Source of the DNA: a candidate division WOR-3 bacterium
Lineage (GTDB): Bacteria; Hydrothermota; Tepidihabitantia; Tepidihabitantales; Tepidihabitantaceae
Assembly: GCA_026418295.1 (NCBI GenBank)
Contig: JAOABP010000005.1
Coordinates: forward strand, 100,864 to 164,863
Length of the DNA stretch: 64,000 nt
Direction: 5' to 3'
Shown here: positions 20,506 to 30,717 of the stretch, in pieces
Position numbering within the stretch: position 1 is the first letter of the stretch
Layout of the letters: each line of letters begins with the position of its first letter
Translations under genes and position numbers: made by a program
Notes under the pieces: generated by a model
The model's input: the letters and a program-made list of their open reading frames with translations, nothing else
Database searches by the model: none
Told to the model about the DNA's origin: nothing

Positions 20506-22287
20506 TTATTCCGGGCGGAGTTGTTGTCGCTTTAATTGCTCACACCGCTGTGCGTCGCCAGCAGTACAAAAGTCAGTCTTTTGTGTCTTGCCTTCACGCT
20601 TCAGCTGTTCCCTGCAGCCGGCCAGAAATTCATCATTAAGCACTCTGCCTGTCAGTGAGCCGGTCTTATGCTGTTCTACCGGCATCAGTTGGCGAATCAG
20701 CTCAGCGGAGATATCCTGACGTTCACCGGTTACCAGCCAGTAAACTTTGGTTCCGGGTCTGCCGGCGATTACAAACCGGTTGTCGGTAATGTCTTCAATG
20801 ACATACACTTCATAGCTGCCGACGCCGGTAAGCTGGATGTGCGGGTTGCGGTTGAGGGCGGAAAAGTAATCCGGGAGTCGGACTTCGGCCTTGCCCGAGG
20901 AATCGAGAATTACACTCCCTTCATAGATGTTTCTCATCTCCGGTCCCCCGATTGAGTAATGATTGAGAATTTTACCACATGGGTCGAGGGGATGATCAAT
21001 TGTGATTGCACCACCAGTCTGAGACAATATGCCGCATCTCAATTGACCGGAGGCAGTTGCAGTTTGACCGTTGAAGGCGGCGGAGTTGGAAAATCCAGCG
21101 GGAACGACTGAGTGATAGCCGGCAGCAAAGCTGTGGTCACCGGCAGCGGTGTCATTTTCTCCCCCGGCAACTGCTGCACCCGGGCCGCTGGCAAGGTTAA
21201 GTTCGCCCCCAGCAATCGTGGCACCGCGTCCACTGGCAGTATTGCCACGTCCACCCGCTACGGTCGCTCCGCTGGCAGCCGCCAGATTCCCCGAACCTCC
21301 CCCTATGGCAGTACAGTTGTCGCTGGCTACGTTGTCAATACCACCGGCTACCGCGGCACAATAACCTCTGGCGATATTGTATTTACCACCGGCAACAGTT
21401 GCATTAGTGCCGGAGGCGGTATTTGCTCTGCCTCCAGCGACAGTAGCACGGCTGGAACTGGCAGTATTTCCTGAACCGCCTCCGACCACAGCATAGGTGC
21501 CGCTTGCGGTATTAGTGTCCCCGCCAGCAACAGTAGCATAGTCAGCTATGGCGTCGTTGCTGTACCCCCCGCCGACAAAAGCTCCATTTCCGACCGCCCT
21601 GTTGCCGAAGCCGGCAGCAACTCCGCAATAGGTGTAATCCCGGTCCGGGGCGCCGGTGGTGCAGGCAACCCCGAAGTTGACATGAGTGCAGCGCTCGTTG
21701 CCATGAAGCATATTATCCGCCCTGCCTCGTGTCAGCCCCAGAAAGTTAACCGTAGATAGTACTGAATCCGGTTCACCTCTTACCCATGTTTTTGGGATCT
21801 CCAGACTGGTGCTCAGTGCGTAATTTGCGGTGTCAGCCCGGTTGGCAGTAAAGGCATAGGCAGCGGAAACAATCCTTAACCTAGGTGTAAGTTCTGCGCA
21901 CGTGCCAACCTGCACGCTGAGGTAAAGATTTCCGTCATCAGGGACTTCATTGAGTGGAGTTACCAATCCCAACAGAGTGGAAAAAATTCCACCTTGGACT
22001 TCCAAGTTCCGGGTTTCAGACCAGAATGGATTTCCTCCGGTTTCCTGGGTATAAAGTCTAAAAGTCAGCTGATAGGTGCCATCCGGTACCGGATGGCCGA
22101 GTGAATCGGTTAATCTGCCTTGATAGGACAGCAGCTTCGGAATGACGATGGGCTCGGGGGCGGCAGTTATCGAACAGGCGTTAGACGCCCGGGAATTGTG
22201 AAAAGCAGGCAGAATCACCGCATTCTGGTCCGGCAGGACAACAGTGCTTAAAAGAATAACTGCCAGCAGTACAGTTCTGAGGTTCAC
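20506..22287 (-). CDS. Secreted fibre/adhesin-like protein with YadA-head-like repeats and C-terminal 'IDHPLDP' chaperone-like domain
   Basis: Signal peptide; SYQGRLTD N-terminal domain; eleven 15-aa ATVAGGxxNTASGxx repeats; IDHPLDP...EVRLPDYF. Confidence 0.7.
   Translation of the reverse strand: MNLRTVLLAVILLSTVVLPDQNAVILPAFHNSRASNACSITAAPEPIVIPKLLSYQGRLTDSLGHPVPDGTYQLTFRLYTQETGGNPFWSETRNLEVQGGIFSTLLGLVTPLNEVPDDGNLYLSVQVGTCAELTPRLRIVSAAYAFTANRADTANYALSTSLEIPKTWVRGEPDSVLSTVNFLGLTRGRADNMLHGNERCTHVNFGVACTTGAPDRDYTYCGVAAGFGNRAVGNGAFVGGGYSNDAIADYATVAGGDTNTASGTYAVVGGGSGNTASSSRATVAGGRANTASGTNATVAGGKYNIARGYCAAVAGGIDNVASDNCTAIGGGSGNLAAASGATVAGGRGNTASGRGATIAGGELNLASGPGAAVAGGENDTAAGDHSFAAGYHSVVPAGFSNSAAFNGQTATASGQLRCGILSQTGGAITIDHPLDPCGKILNHYSIGGPEMRNIYEGSVILDSSGKAEVRLPDYFSALNRNPHIQLTGVGSYEVYVIEDITDNRFVIAGRPGTKVYWLVTGERQDISAELIRQLMPVEQHKTGSLTGRVLNDEFLAGCREQLKREGKTQKTDFCTAGDAQRCEQLKRQQLRPE
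21133..21627 (-). repeat. 11 degenerate 45-bp coding tandem repeats (15 aa each)
   Basis: 495 bp = 11 x 45, from CGVAAGFGNRAVGNG to AAVAGGENDTAAGDH. Confidence 0.8.
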
Positions 22288-22656
22288 TTATGCCTCCAGT
22301 TTAAAATATGATCAAATTTTTCCCGGTTGAATGAATTTTATTTCGGACATCTTGATAATAAATAATACTGGCAGGTGATTTGTCTGTCAAAGTATTTCAT
22401 ATCCCTATATTTTTAGAGTCATAAATCGGACAGAATTTCACATCGGAAAACGGCTGGCATATAGCATTTTCTCCTAACTTCCGGAATGACAAGTGGTTGC
22501 CAATCTGTCTTCGCTCTGAGGCTGGATTTTGGGGGTAGGTCCCGGGGTCATCCCTTTTCCGGGGCGGGGTTTGAGTTTGCCGCCCGGTCCGGTTTCGAGT
22601 TGGGGTACGCACCATGGTATTAGTGGATTTACTCCGTTTCCGGATTATAATTGGGC

Positions 22657-24822
22657 ATGCGCCGGGTTGTATTCGGGCTTTTGTTTGCCGGCTGGGTGCT
22701 GGCTGAGCCGGTGCGTATCGGTCTGGCGCTTTCCGGTGGTGCTGCCCTGGGGCTTGCCCATGTCGGTGTCCTGAAGGTGCTGGAGCGTGAGGGGCTGGAA
22801 TTTGTCGGAATCTCGGGAAACAGCATGGGTTCGCTCGTGGGCGGTGTTTATGCTGCCGGTTACAGCGCCGCTCAGATTGAAAGTATTGCACTGAGCGTTG
22901 ACTGGAACCGGCTTTTCTCCTCGCAGCCCGCCTATGGTGCCCAGTATCTGCAGGAGAAGCAGCAGGCAGAAAGGTATATCCTGCGCCTGCGGCATAACCG
23001 GTTTCTGCCTTATCTGCCGGGCGGGCTGATTCCGCTGCAGAATGTTGAGCTTCTGCTTAACCGGCTCTTGGCTGAGGTCGAGTTTAATACCGGATACGAT
23101 TTTGACCGGCTGCCGGTGCCCTACCGGGCGGTGGCGGTTGACATCCGGGCAGGCAGGAAGGTGGTGTTGAGGTCGGGTCGGCTGGAGCAGGCGATCCGGG
23201 CAAGCATTGCCATTCCCGGGGTTTTTTCGCCTGAGGTGATCGAGGGCCGGGAGCTGGTGGATGGCGGGGTGCTGGATTATCTGCCTGTGACCGCACTGGA
23301 GGATTTTCAGCCCGATTTTGTGATTGCGGTTTTGACGATGCGGCACCAGGAGTCCCCAAACCAGAGTCTGCTGGATATCGCCTCCCGCAGTATTGATCTG
23401 ATGAGCATCGCCAATGTTGAGCGTGCAAAGGAGCAGGCGGATGTGGTCATTGAGCCTGATGTGTCAAGATTTCTTCACTCCGATTTTGCCCGCGCCCGGG
23501 AACTGATTGCTGCCGGGGAGTCGGCAGCGATGCGGGCACTGCCGGTGATCCGGGAGAGGCTCAGGGGCAGGGTGCCGGTGCGGAGCAGAAACCGGATTGA
23601 ACCCCGGTCTGTGCCGGTGGTGCGGCGGGTGGTCTTTGAAGGTCTGAAGCGGACCCGGCGCTCGCTGCTTCTGCCCTATCTGCGCACCCGGGAGGGTGCA
23701 AGGTTGAATTTCGGCCTGCTCCTCGGGGACGTGGAGCGGCTGTTTAATACCGGGCTGTTTGAGGATGTGAATTTCCGGCTGACAGAGGTGACCGCGGAGA
23801 GTGCGGATGTGATCTTTGAGGTTAATGAGCGGCCGTTCGGTTTCTATGCGTTCGGGGTGCGGTATGACAATTATGACAATGTGGTGGTCGGGGCTGAGGT
23901 TGGGGAGGAAAATATTTTGGGTTCGGGCGCAACCGTCCGGGCCGGCGGGGTCGTCGGTAACCCGAATGAGTTCCGACTGGGAATTACGGGCACACGGATT
24001 TTTCAGCTGCCGTTCGGATACCGGATTGACGGTTATATCAGTTCGCTGAACCGGAGTCTGTGGGAGCAGGGCAGGTTCGGTTCCAGTTACTTTGTCCGGG
24101 TGCGGGGGGCAGTGGTGGAGGCGGGTTACAGCACGGGGAGAAATGGTTTTTTCAACTTTGGCGCCCGGGTGGAGCGGATCGGTTATGAGGGTACAGCAGT
24201 GGAGACGCTGGCCGCTGGCTGGCTTGCCGGTCTGCGGGCAAATCTGGAGTTCAATACATTTGACCGGCTGGAGTTGTCCGGCAGAGGACTGGGATACCGG
24301 TTGAGCGGGTTTTATTCCAGCCAAAAGGTACTGAGCCGGTTTGAGTTTCTGAAGACGGAGTTTTCGGGCGAGCAGGTGGTGCCGCTGCTTGACCGCTGGG
24401 CACTGCGCTGGTGGACCGATATCGGGCTGGTGCTGGGCAGACTGCCGTTCAGCGAGCAGTTCCTTTCCGGGGGTGAACGGTTTACCGGTTTTGCACCCGA
24501 GGAGTTTGTGAGTGAACAGCGGGTGATCGCCGGTTCGGCACTGCGGTGGCGGGTGCTGAATCTGCTGAACCGGGATGATTATCCGGTATATCTTGAGGCG
24601 AACGTTAATGCCGGAACCTTTACCCGGCCTGATTCGCTGCTAGTGAGCGACCGGATTGGGGAGCAGTTACACTGGGGCGCGGGTTTTGGTTTGATGACGA
24701 ATACACCGGCAGGACCGCTGAAACTGATTATCGGGCTGGGCAATTTTTTCAAGCGGACGCCCCATCCGGGTGGCGTGCGGATTTACCTTTCTCTCGGTAG
24801 AGAGTTCCGATATCGGCGCTGA
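22657..24822 (+). CDS. Patatin-like phospholipase fused to POTRA and Omp85 beta-barrel (PlpD/type Vd-like)
   Basis: LSGGAALG, GNSMG, DGG; POTRA-like LFNTGLFEDV; barrel end TPAGP...YLSLG. Start placed at ATG 22657. Confidence 0.85.
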   Translation: MRRVVFGLLFAGWVLAEPVRIGLALSGGAALGLAHVGVLKVLEREGLEFVGISGNSMGSLVGGVYAAGYSAAQIESIALSVDWNRLFSSQPAYGAQYLQEKQQAERYILRLRHNRFLPYLPGGLIPLQNVELLLNRLLAEVEFNTGYDFDRLPVPYRAVAVDIRAGRKVVLRSGRLEQAIRASIAIPGVFSPEVIEGRELVDGGVLDYLPVTALEDFQPDFVIAVLTMRHQESPNQSLLDIASRSIDLMSIANVERAKEQADVVIEPDVSRFLHSDFARARELIAAGESAAMRALPVIRERLRGRVPVRSRNRIEPRSVPVVRRVVFEGLKRTRRSLLLPYLRTREGARLNFGLLLGDVERLFNTGLFEDVNFRLTEVTAESADVIFEVNERPFGFYAFGVRYDNYDNVVVGAEVGEENILGSGATVRAGGVVGNPNEFRLGITGTRIFQLPFGYRIDGYISSLNRSLWEQGRFGSSYFVRVRGAVVEAGYSTGRNGFFNFGARVERIGYEGTAVETLAAGWLAGLRANLEFNTFDRLELSGRGLGYRLSGFYSSQKVLSRFEFLKTEFSGEQVVPLLDRWALRWWTDIGLVLGRLPFSEQFLSGGERFTGFAPEEFVSEQRVIAGSALRWRVLNLLNRDDYPVYLEANVNAGTFTRPDSLLVSDRIGEQLHWGAGFGLMTNTPAGPLKLIIGLGNFFKRTPHPGGVRIYLSLGREFRYRR

Positions 24823-24833
24823 GCCGGAGTGTT

Positions 24834-25511
24834 TCAGTCGCGACTGCCCGGACAGGCGCGGACGCAGAGTCCGCAGATAAACTGATGGACAAAGTGCTGG
24901 CACTGAAACTCCCTGAGTTTTTCAAAGCATGCCTGATGGTCAAAATCTTCCGGTTTTTCCCGGATTGCACCGGCTGGACAGACGGAGATGCAGTTGCGGC
25001 ATTCACCGCAGTTCCGGTTGAGCGGTGTGCCCGGCTCCAGTTCCAGATCGGTGAGGATGGTGACGAGCCGGACCTGAGCGCCGTATTCCGGAGTGACGAG
25101 CAGGTTGTTTCTGCCCAGCCAGCCGAGCCCGGCTTCAATTGCAATCCGCTTGTGGGAGAGGTGTGCCCGCTGGTTCTGCCAGTCAACAATCTGGGAGGCG
25201 GGGACGGGCAGGGCGCGGTAGTCGTTGTGCTGAAGCCAGATGGTGATGTCAAGGGCAATCCGATCCAGGGTGAAGTTGACCTGCCGGTAGTGGTGTTCGT
25301 AAAGCAGATCCGGATGATCGGGCAGGGCGTCAAGGATTTCCCGGGCGAGCCGGACCGCCAGTGTAATTGCATAGGGGAGCCGGTCAAGTGTGTTTCTGGG
25401 CAGGATGAAGTCGTCAGTTCTGATTTTACGCAGGTCAGCAACGCCAATCAGCGCCGCACCCCGGGTGCGGGCAAGTGATTCCAGTTCGGTGCGCAGGCGG
25501 ATCAGGCTCAT
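24834..25511 (-). CDS. QueG/epoxyqueuosine reductase-like Fe-S protein (short form)
   Basis: SHKRIAIEAGLGWLGRNNLLVTPEYG, CGECRNCISVCP, CGLCVRACP. Confidence 0.75.
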   Translation of the reverse strand: MSLIRLRTELESLARTRGAALIGVADLRKIRTDDFILPRNTLDRLPYAITLAVRLAREILDALPDHPDLLYEHHYRQVNFTLDRIALDITIWLQHNDYRALPVPASQIVDWQNQRAHLSHKRIAIEAGLGWLGRNNLLVTPEYGAQVRLVTILTDLELEPGTPLNRNCGECRNCISVCPAGAIREKPEDFDHQACFEKLREFQCQHFVHQFICGLCVRACPGSRD

Positions 25512-27403
25512 TCGGGTTCCGTAACGATTATATCCGGTGCCGGTTTTTTATCAAGATATACCGTAAGGGCAAAGATGGCTGCCGGCGTTATTCCCGGAAT
25601 CCGCTGTGCCTGACCGACCGATGCGGGCCGGATACGGGTCAGTTTCTCACGGACTTCAGTGGACAGACCGGGGACCTGATAGTAATCGATGCCCGCAGGA
25701 ATCCTAAGTTCCTCAAGTTCCTGAAAGCGGGCGACCTGCCTTTTTGTCCTTTCAATATAGCCTTCATATTTAACCTCAACCTCAATCAGTTCCTGAACCG
25801 GCAGGGGCAGCTGGGGCGCAGATTCGGTCAGCCGGCACAAAGTCTGCCAGTTAATTTCCGGCCGGCGCAGCAGTTCGAGGGCTGAAGCCGGTTCCTGAAG
25901 GGGAGTGGTTTTGAGCTCCTTAAGGATCCGGTTAACCCGGTCTGAAGGTCTGATCCGGCAGGTGCGCAGCCATTGCATACCTTTCTGGAACTGCTGATTT
26001 TTTTCCTCAATCTTGCGGAAGCGCTCCGGACTGAGCAGACCCAGCTCATATCCTCTTGGTCCGAGCCGTAGGTCGGCGTTGTCTTCGCGCAGGAGAAGCC
26101 TAAACTCAACGCGGGCGGTGAACATCCGGTAGGGCTCATCAGTTCCCTTGGTGACCAAGTCGTCAATCAGGACTCCAATATAGGCATCAGCCCGTGAGAG
26201 AATAAAAGGCGGTCTGCCTTTGACCTTCAATGCCGCATTGATGCCGGCAACCAGTCCCTGAACCGCTGCCTCCTCGTAACCGGTGGTGCCGTTAATCTGC
26301 CCGGCAAAGAAGAGGTTCCGGATCAGCCGGGTCTCAAGGGTGGGATGGAGCTGGGTCGGGTCGGCATAGTCGTGTTCAATTGCATAGCCGGGCCGGAGCA
26401 TCCGGCATTCCTCCAGACCGGGGATGGAGTGGAGCATCCTTTCCTGAATTTCCACCGGCAGTGAGGTGGAAATGCCGTTGGGATAGCATTCGATCGTGTC
26501 GGTCCCTTCGGGTTCAATGAAGATGTGGTGGCGCTCCCGTTCAGCAAATTTGACCACCTTGTCCTCAATTGACGGGCAGTAACGGACACCCCGGCCCTTG
26601 ATCACGCCGGTGTAGAGCGGGGAGTATTTCAGTCCTTTCCGGACAATTTCATGGGTTTTGGGAGTGGTATAAGTGAGATGGCAGACCGCCCGGTTCCGGG
26701 GTGTCTGTTCGGTCCAGAAGGAGAACGGACGGGGTGGCTCGTCACCCTCCTGCTTCTGGAGGGCATCAAGCCTGACTGTGCGGATGTCAATGCGGGGCGG
26801 GGTGCCGGTTTTGAATCTGCCGATCCGGAAGCCCAGTTCTTGCAGGTTCCGGCTCAGAAGGTTTGATGGTGCCTCGCCCAGTCTGCCGGCGGGAAAGCTG
26901 ACCAGTCCGATGTGGACCAGCCCGGAGAGAAATGTCCCGGGCGCAAGGATTATCGTTCGGGCGTAGAACTTCTCCCCAGTTTCGGTCTCGACGCCGACCG
27001 CTGTTTTTCCCCGGGTGATTACCCGGGCGCAACTTCCCTGACGGAGGAAAAGGTTTCCGGTTTTTTCCAGAATTGAGCGCATCAGCTGACGGTAGTGCTG
27101 ACGGTCAACCTGAACCCGGGAGGAGCGGACCGCCCGGCCTGAGCTGGTATTCAACTGGCGGAAGTGGATGCCGGCAAGGTCGGTAACCTGTGCCATCTGC
27201 CCGCCCAGCGCATCCAGCTCCCGGACGAGCTGGCCCTTGCCGATACCGCCAACCGCGGGATTGCAGGACATCAGAGCAATGGTGTCCAGGTTCTGAGTTA
27301 AAAGCAGCGTTCTTGTGCCCAGCCGGGCACTAACCAGTGCCGCTTCACATCCCGCATGACCGGCACCGACCACAATGACATCAAATTTTTCTGCCGGCAT
27401 CAC
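25508..27403 (-). CDS. mnmG: tRNA uridine 5-carboxymethylaminomethyl modification enzyme
   Basis: GAGHAG, MSCNPAVGG, RFKTGTPPR, RYCPSIEDK, GQINGTTGYEEA. Confidence 0.98.
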   Translation of the reverse strand: MMPAEKFDVIVVGAGHAGCEAALVSARLGTRTLLLTQNLDTIALMSCNPAVGGIGKGQLVRELDALGGQMAQVTDLAGIHFRQLNTSSGRAVRSSRVQVDRQHYRQLMRSILEKTGNLFLRQGSCARVITRGKTAVGVETETGEKFYARTIILAPGTFLSGLVHIGLVSFPAGRLGEAPSNLLSRNLQELGFRIGRFKTGTPPRIDIRTVRLDALQKQEGDEPPRPFSFWTEQTPRNRAVCHLTYTTPKTHEIVRKGLKYSPLYTGVIKGRGVRYCPSIEDKVVKFAERERHHIFIEPEGTDTIECYPNGISTSLPVEIQERMLHSIPGLEECRMLRPGYAIEHDYADPTQLHPTLETRLIRNLFFAGQINGTTGYEEAAVQGLVAGINAALKVKGRPPFILSRADAYIGVLIDDLVTKGTDEPYRMFTARVEFRLLLREDNADLRLGPRGYELGLLSPERFRKIEEKNQQFQKGMQWLRTCRIRPSDRVNRILKELKTTPLQEPASALELLRRPEINWQTLCRLTESAPQLPLPVQELIEVEVKYEGYIERTKRQVARFQELEELRIPAGIDYYQVPGLSTEVREKLTRIRPASVGQAQRIPGITPAAIFALTVYLDKKPAPDIIVTEPE

Positions 27404-27500
27404 AGCTGATTTTAGTTTCTCCTGAGAGAAATGTCAATCAGCCGCCCTGGGTGATATTCAGATTTGACACCAATCGGGTTCAGGTTAAAATCGTGTAACC

Positions 27501-28319
27501 ATGCGCACGCTCTTGCCCCTGTTTATGTTGCTGGGAATGGCGGTAATGCCGGTTCATGCCCTTTTTGAGGAAAATGCATCAGGTGTCCGGGCAGAGGGGA
27601 TGGGCGGCAGTTTCTGCGCGGTGGCGGATGATCTGAGTGCGCTTGATTTCAATCCTGCCGGGCTTGCCTTTGTTCAGGAGAGACAGTTTCAGAGTTTTTA
27701 CAAACTGCTTTACGGCGGGGTGGGAGTCAATCTGCATACCTTCCATGCCGGTCTGGCACTGCCATTGAGCCGGCTCGGGTGTCTGGCAGGGCGGGTCCAG
27801 GAGACCGGTTTTGAGCTTCAGTCCCAGCGTTCGTTCAAGCTGGGACATGGCTTTTTACTGGCAGATGGGCTGGCATTCGGTTATGGAATCAACGGCTATA
27901 ATTTCGTTCAGCAGGAGCTGGGTTCCGGATATGCCTTTGGCCTGGATGTAAGCCTCTTTGCCCGGCTTGCCCGTTACTGGACCGTTGGGTTTTACGGTCA
28001 TAATATCAACCTGCCGAAAATCGGTTCTTCAGAACTGCCGTCTGTGCTTGTCCTGGGGCTGGGGTTTTCTCCCCGGCAGGGCATTCAATCCTCTCTGCAG
28101 GTGAGCAAGGAGCCCGGGATGCCTACCAGAATTGCTCTGGGGCAGGAGTTTGAGGTTGTGTCCGATTATCTTGTCCTGCGTGCGGGTGTCCAGAATGAAC
28201 CGGTCCGGTTCGCCCTCGGACTGGGTACCGGTTTACGGCGGGTCGGGATTGACTATGCACTGATCACCCATCCGGTTCTGCCTTTTACTCATAACTTCGG
28301 ACTGCGGGTGAAATTTTAG
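27501..28319 (+). CDS. PorV/FadL-like outer-membrane beta-barrel
   Basis: Signal peptide; GVRAEGMGGSFCAVADDLSALDFNPAGL motif; C-terminal Phe. Confidence 0.7.
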   Translation: MRTLLPLFMLLGMAVMPVHALFEENASGVRAEGMGGSFCAVADDLSALDFNPAGLAFVQERQFQSFYKLLYGGVGVNLHTFHAGLALPLSRLGCLAGRVQETGFELQSQRSFKLGHGFLLADGLAFGYGINGYNFVQQELGSGYAFGLDVSLFARLARYWTVGFYGHNINLPKIGSSELPSVLVLGLGFSPRQGIQSSLQVSKEPGMPTRIALGQEFEVVSDYLVLRAGVQNEPVRFALGLGTGLRRVGIDYALITHPVLPFTHNFGLRVKF

Positions 28320-28323
28320 CCTG

Positions 28324-30708
28324 ATGCTGCTGGTTCTTGTCTGGATATTTAACCTGTGGACAGCAGATAATCAGCTGGATATCAACCGGGCAAGCCGGGC
28401 AGAGATCGGTCAGCTGCCGGTTGATTCCCTGACTGCGGACCGGATCTATGAGTATCTCCAGCTTTACGGCCGGTTCAACAGTATCTATGATCTGCTGAAG
28501 GTTCCCGGAATTACCCCTGAGAAACTGGATGAGCTGAAGCCGGTGATTTACATCCGGCCCCGGAGCTGGGAGGAGCGGGCAACAGAGAATATTCAGCGGA
28601 TTCAGCGCCGGCTGGCAGCTGAGGACAGTCCGGGCAGGGCGGTAGTAGAGGAGTGGCAGGATCTGCTGCTGGACCCGCTCAACATTAACCGCGCAACGGT
28701 GGATGAACTGCTGCTGCTGGAGAATGTGTCGCTGGTTGATGCGGTGGCGGTCGTGAATTTCATCCGGCAGGGAGGGAGGATCACGAGCCGTCGGGATCTG
28801 GCGAGTCAGGTTCCGGGTCTTTCAGCATATGGGTATCGCGGGATGCGGAATTATGTGACCTTTCAGGACCGGGCTGATACTGCCCGGGTCAGGATCTGGA
28901 GCGGGAACTACCGGTTGAAATACGAAAGCGGGCAGGACTGGGAGGTGCTTACCAGCACGGAGGAGTTTACCGCAGCATTGAACAGCCTGGTTCAGGACAG
29001 CATCCGGTTCCGGGAGGCTGGGTTTACCGAATCGGAGCTGGCATTTTACCGGGATAGGTTGAGCCAGGAGCTGGATTTTAGAAAAAACATGGGTAATACG
29101 GGAATAATGCGTCACCGGTTACGGGCACGGATTGGTGAGCAGATCCGGGCTGGAGGGTTCGTGGAGCAGAATTTATACGAAAAGGCGGGTTTCAGCGGTG
29201 TCAGGGGTTGTGTGACTGTTGACAAAATCGGTCCGGTCCGACGGCTGCTCGTGGGTGATTACCGGCTGACGCTGGGGCAGGGACTTTTAATCGATAACAA
29301 TTTTGAGCTGATGGCAAGGACGCATAAGCGAACCGCCGGCCTTTTCGCTGATCTGACCGAGAATTCCGGGTTTGGGCTCCGCGGGGCGGCGGTGGATCTG
29401 AAATTAAATCGGTTCGGCTTATTGGGATTTTATTCACTGGCAAAGCGGGACGGGATTCTAAATCCGGACAGCACGGTAAACTGGTATATCCTTTCCACAC
29501 CACGCTACCCGACATTTAAAAATCTATTTAGTCAGACCGATGCCGGAGCCAGCTGGTCCGCTGACCTTTCCCAGCTGGGTTTTCTGCCACTCGGAACGCG
29601 CTTGGGAGTAAACGGTCTTTTTTCCCGTACCAGCCGGAGTCTGCAGCCGGCTGCCCGCTATGTTGAGCTTCCCGGTGATGCGGAGATTATTGATGATCCG
29701 AACTGGGCCCGGCTGGATACGGGCAGAACCCGGCTGTTTTATTCTGCCGATTTCCGGACGGTGATTAACAATTTTGCCCTGGAAGGGGAGGTTGCTCACC
29801 AGCATCGGGGTGGCAGTGCCTATCTGCTGAAGGGTTATCTGCAGCATGATCTGCTGAATCTGACCGTACTTTACCGGCATTATGATGTCAGTTATGTCAA
29901 TCCGTATAACCGCGGGTTCTGTGAGGAGCTGCGGTTTGAGGATACACCGCTGGAAAAGCCCTACCGGCTCATTGACCCGGCGTATGCTGCGCTCCAGAAT
30001 TTCCCGATGCCCAAAGCGGAGCAGGGGTTTTTTGCCGAGATGCGCTATCAGATCTCCCGACAGATTACTTTTACCCGTGCGTATCTTGATGTCTGGCGCA
30101 ACCTTGCCTATGGAGCGGACAATTTCCGGTTTCAGGCGGAAATGGAATACCGCCCGGTTTTCCCACTGCGGCTGCGCTTCCGGCAGAAGGTTCAGTTGAA
30201 GGAGCGGCCGAGGCTGGTGCTGGGCACCGGTTCATTGTCCATGGAGTCCTCACTGCGGGCACTGGTTTCGCTTTCCAACTGGGACTATCTGACTGGCGAA
30301 CTGCGGTACAGCAGAACCCGGCTGACGCCAACGATGAAATACGATGACCGGGCAAGTATTGAGGGCGATTTTCTACTTGTGCAGTGGGAGCACAACTTTT
30401 CGGACGATTTTCAGGGGGAGCTGGGAATTGCCGGCTGGCGCAGCGGCGGCATGTCGAACTGGATGTTTGAGGACAACGGGATTGATTTTGTTGACGGCGA
30501 CGGGTGCAAGTGGTATCTGGCATTGACTAACCGCCTGACCGATAACCTCCTTGTTTACCTCAAGTTCCGGCAGAAGTTAAGCATATTTCCCCATACCGGT
30601 TTGAGTGGAAACGGGGGCGTCCATTATCCGGAAGGCATGCCGGTTCGGGATTTTATGAGTCAGAGCCGGCGGTTTGATATCTGGCTGCAGATTGATTTTC
30701 TCTGGTGA
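28324..30708 (+). CDS. ComEA-like helix-hairpin-helix domains fused to a probable outer-membrane beta-barrel
   Basis: LDINRASRAEIGQLP...FNSIYDLLKVPGI and LNINRATVDELLLL HhH units; GDYRLTLGQGL; amphipathic strands ending in W. Confidence 0.7.
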   Translation: MLLVLVWIFNLWTADNQLDINRASRAEIGQLPVDSLTADRIYEYLQLYGRFNSIYDLLKVPGITPEKLDELKPVIYIRPRSWEERATENIQRIQRRLAAEDSPGRAVVEEWQDLLLDPLNINRATVDELLLLENVSLVDAVAVVNFIRQGGRITSRRDLASQVPGLSAYGYRGMRNYVTFQDRADTARVRIWSGNYRLKYESGQDWEVLTSTEEFTAALNSLVQDSIRFREAGFTESELAFYRDRLSQELDFRKNMGNTGIMRHRLRARIGEQIRAGGFVEQNLYEKAGFSGVRGCVTVDKIGPVRRLLVGDYRLTLGQGLLIDNNFELMARTHKRTAGLFADLTENSGFGLRGAAVDLKLNRFGLLGFYSLAKRDGILNPDSTVNWYILSTPRYPTFKNLFSQTDAGASWSADLSQLGFLPLGTRLGVNGLFSRTSRSLQPAARYVELPGDAEIIDDPNWARLDTGRTRLFYSADFRTVINNFALEGEVAHQHRGGSAYLLKGYLQHDLLNLTVLYRHYDVSYVNPYNRGFCEELRFEDTPLEKPYRLIDPAYAALQNFPMPKAEQGFFAEMRYQISRQITFTRAYLDVWRNLAYGADNFRFQAEMEYRPVFPLRLRFRQKVQLKERPRLVLGTGSLSMESSLRALVSLSNWDYLTGELRYSRTRLTPTMKYDDRASIEGDFLLVQWEHNFSDDFQGELGIAGWRSGGMSNWMFEDNGIDFVDGDGCKWYLALTNRLTDNLLVYLKFRQKLSIFPHTGLSGNGGVHYPEGMPVRDFMSQSRRFDIWLQIDFLW

Positions 30709-30717
30709 GGAGGCACA

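Noticed and set aside
21133-21627. CRISPR-like periodicity
   Set aside because: These are degenerate in-frame coding repeats with no constant repeat or unique spacers and no cas genes.
20506-22287. Prophage tail fibre
   Set aside because: It has a signal peptide and there are no phage genes, integrase or att sites nearby.
22397-22891. 164-aa minus-strand ORF and neighbouring short ORFs
   Set aside because: Low-complexity Pro/Arg-rich translation overlapping the patatin gene and promoters.
24834-25511. Possible reductive dehalogenase
   Set aside because: Too short, no Tat signal and no rdhB anchor; its coupling to mnmG fits the QueG-like family better.
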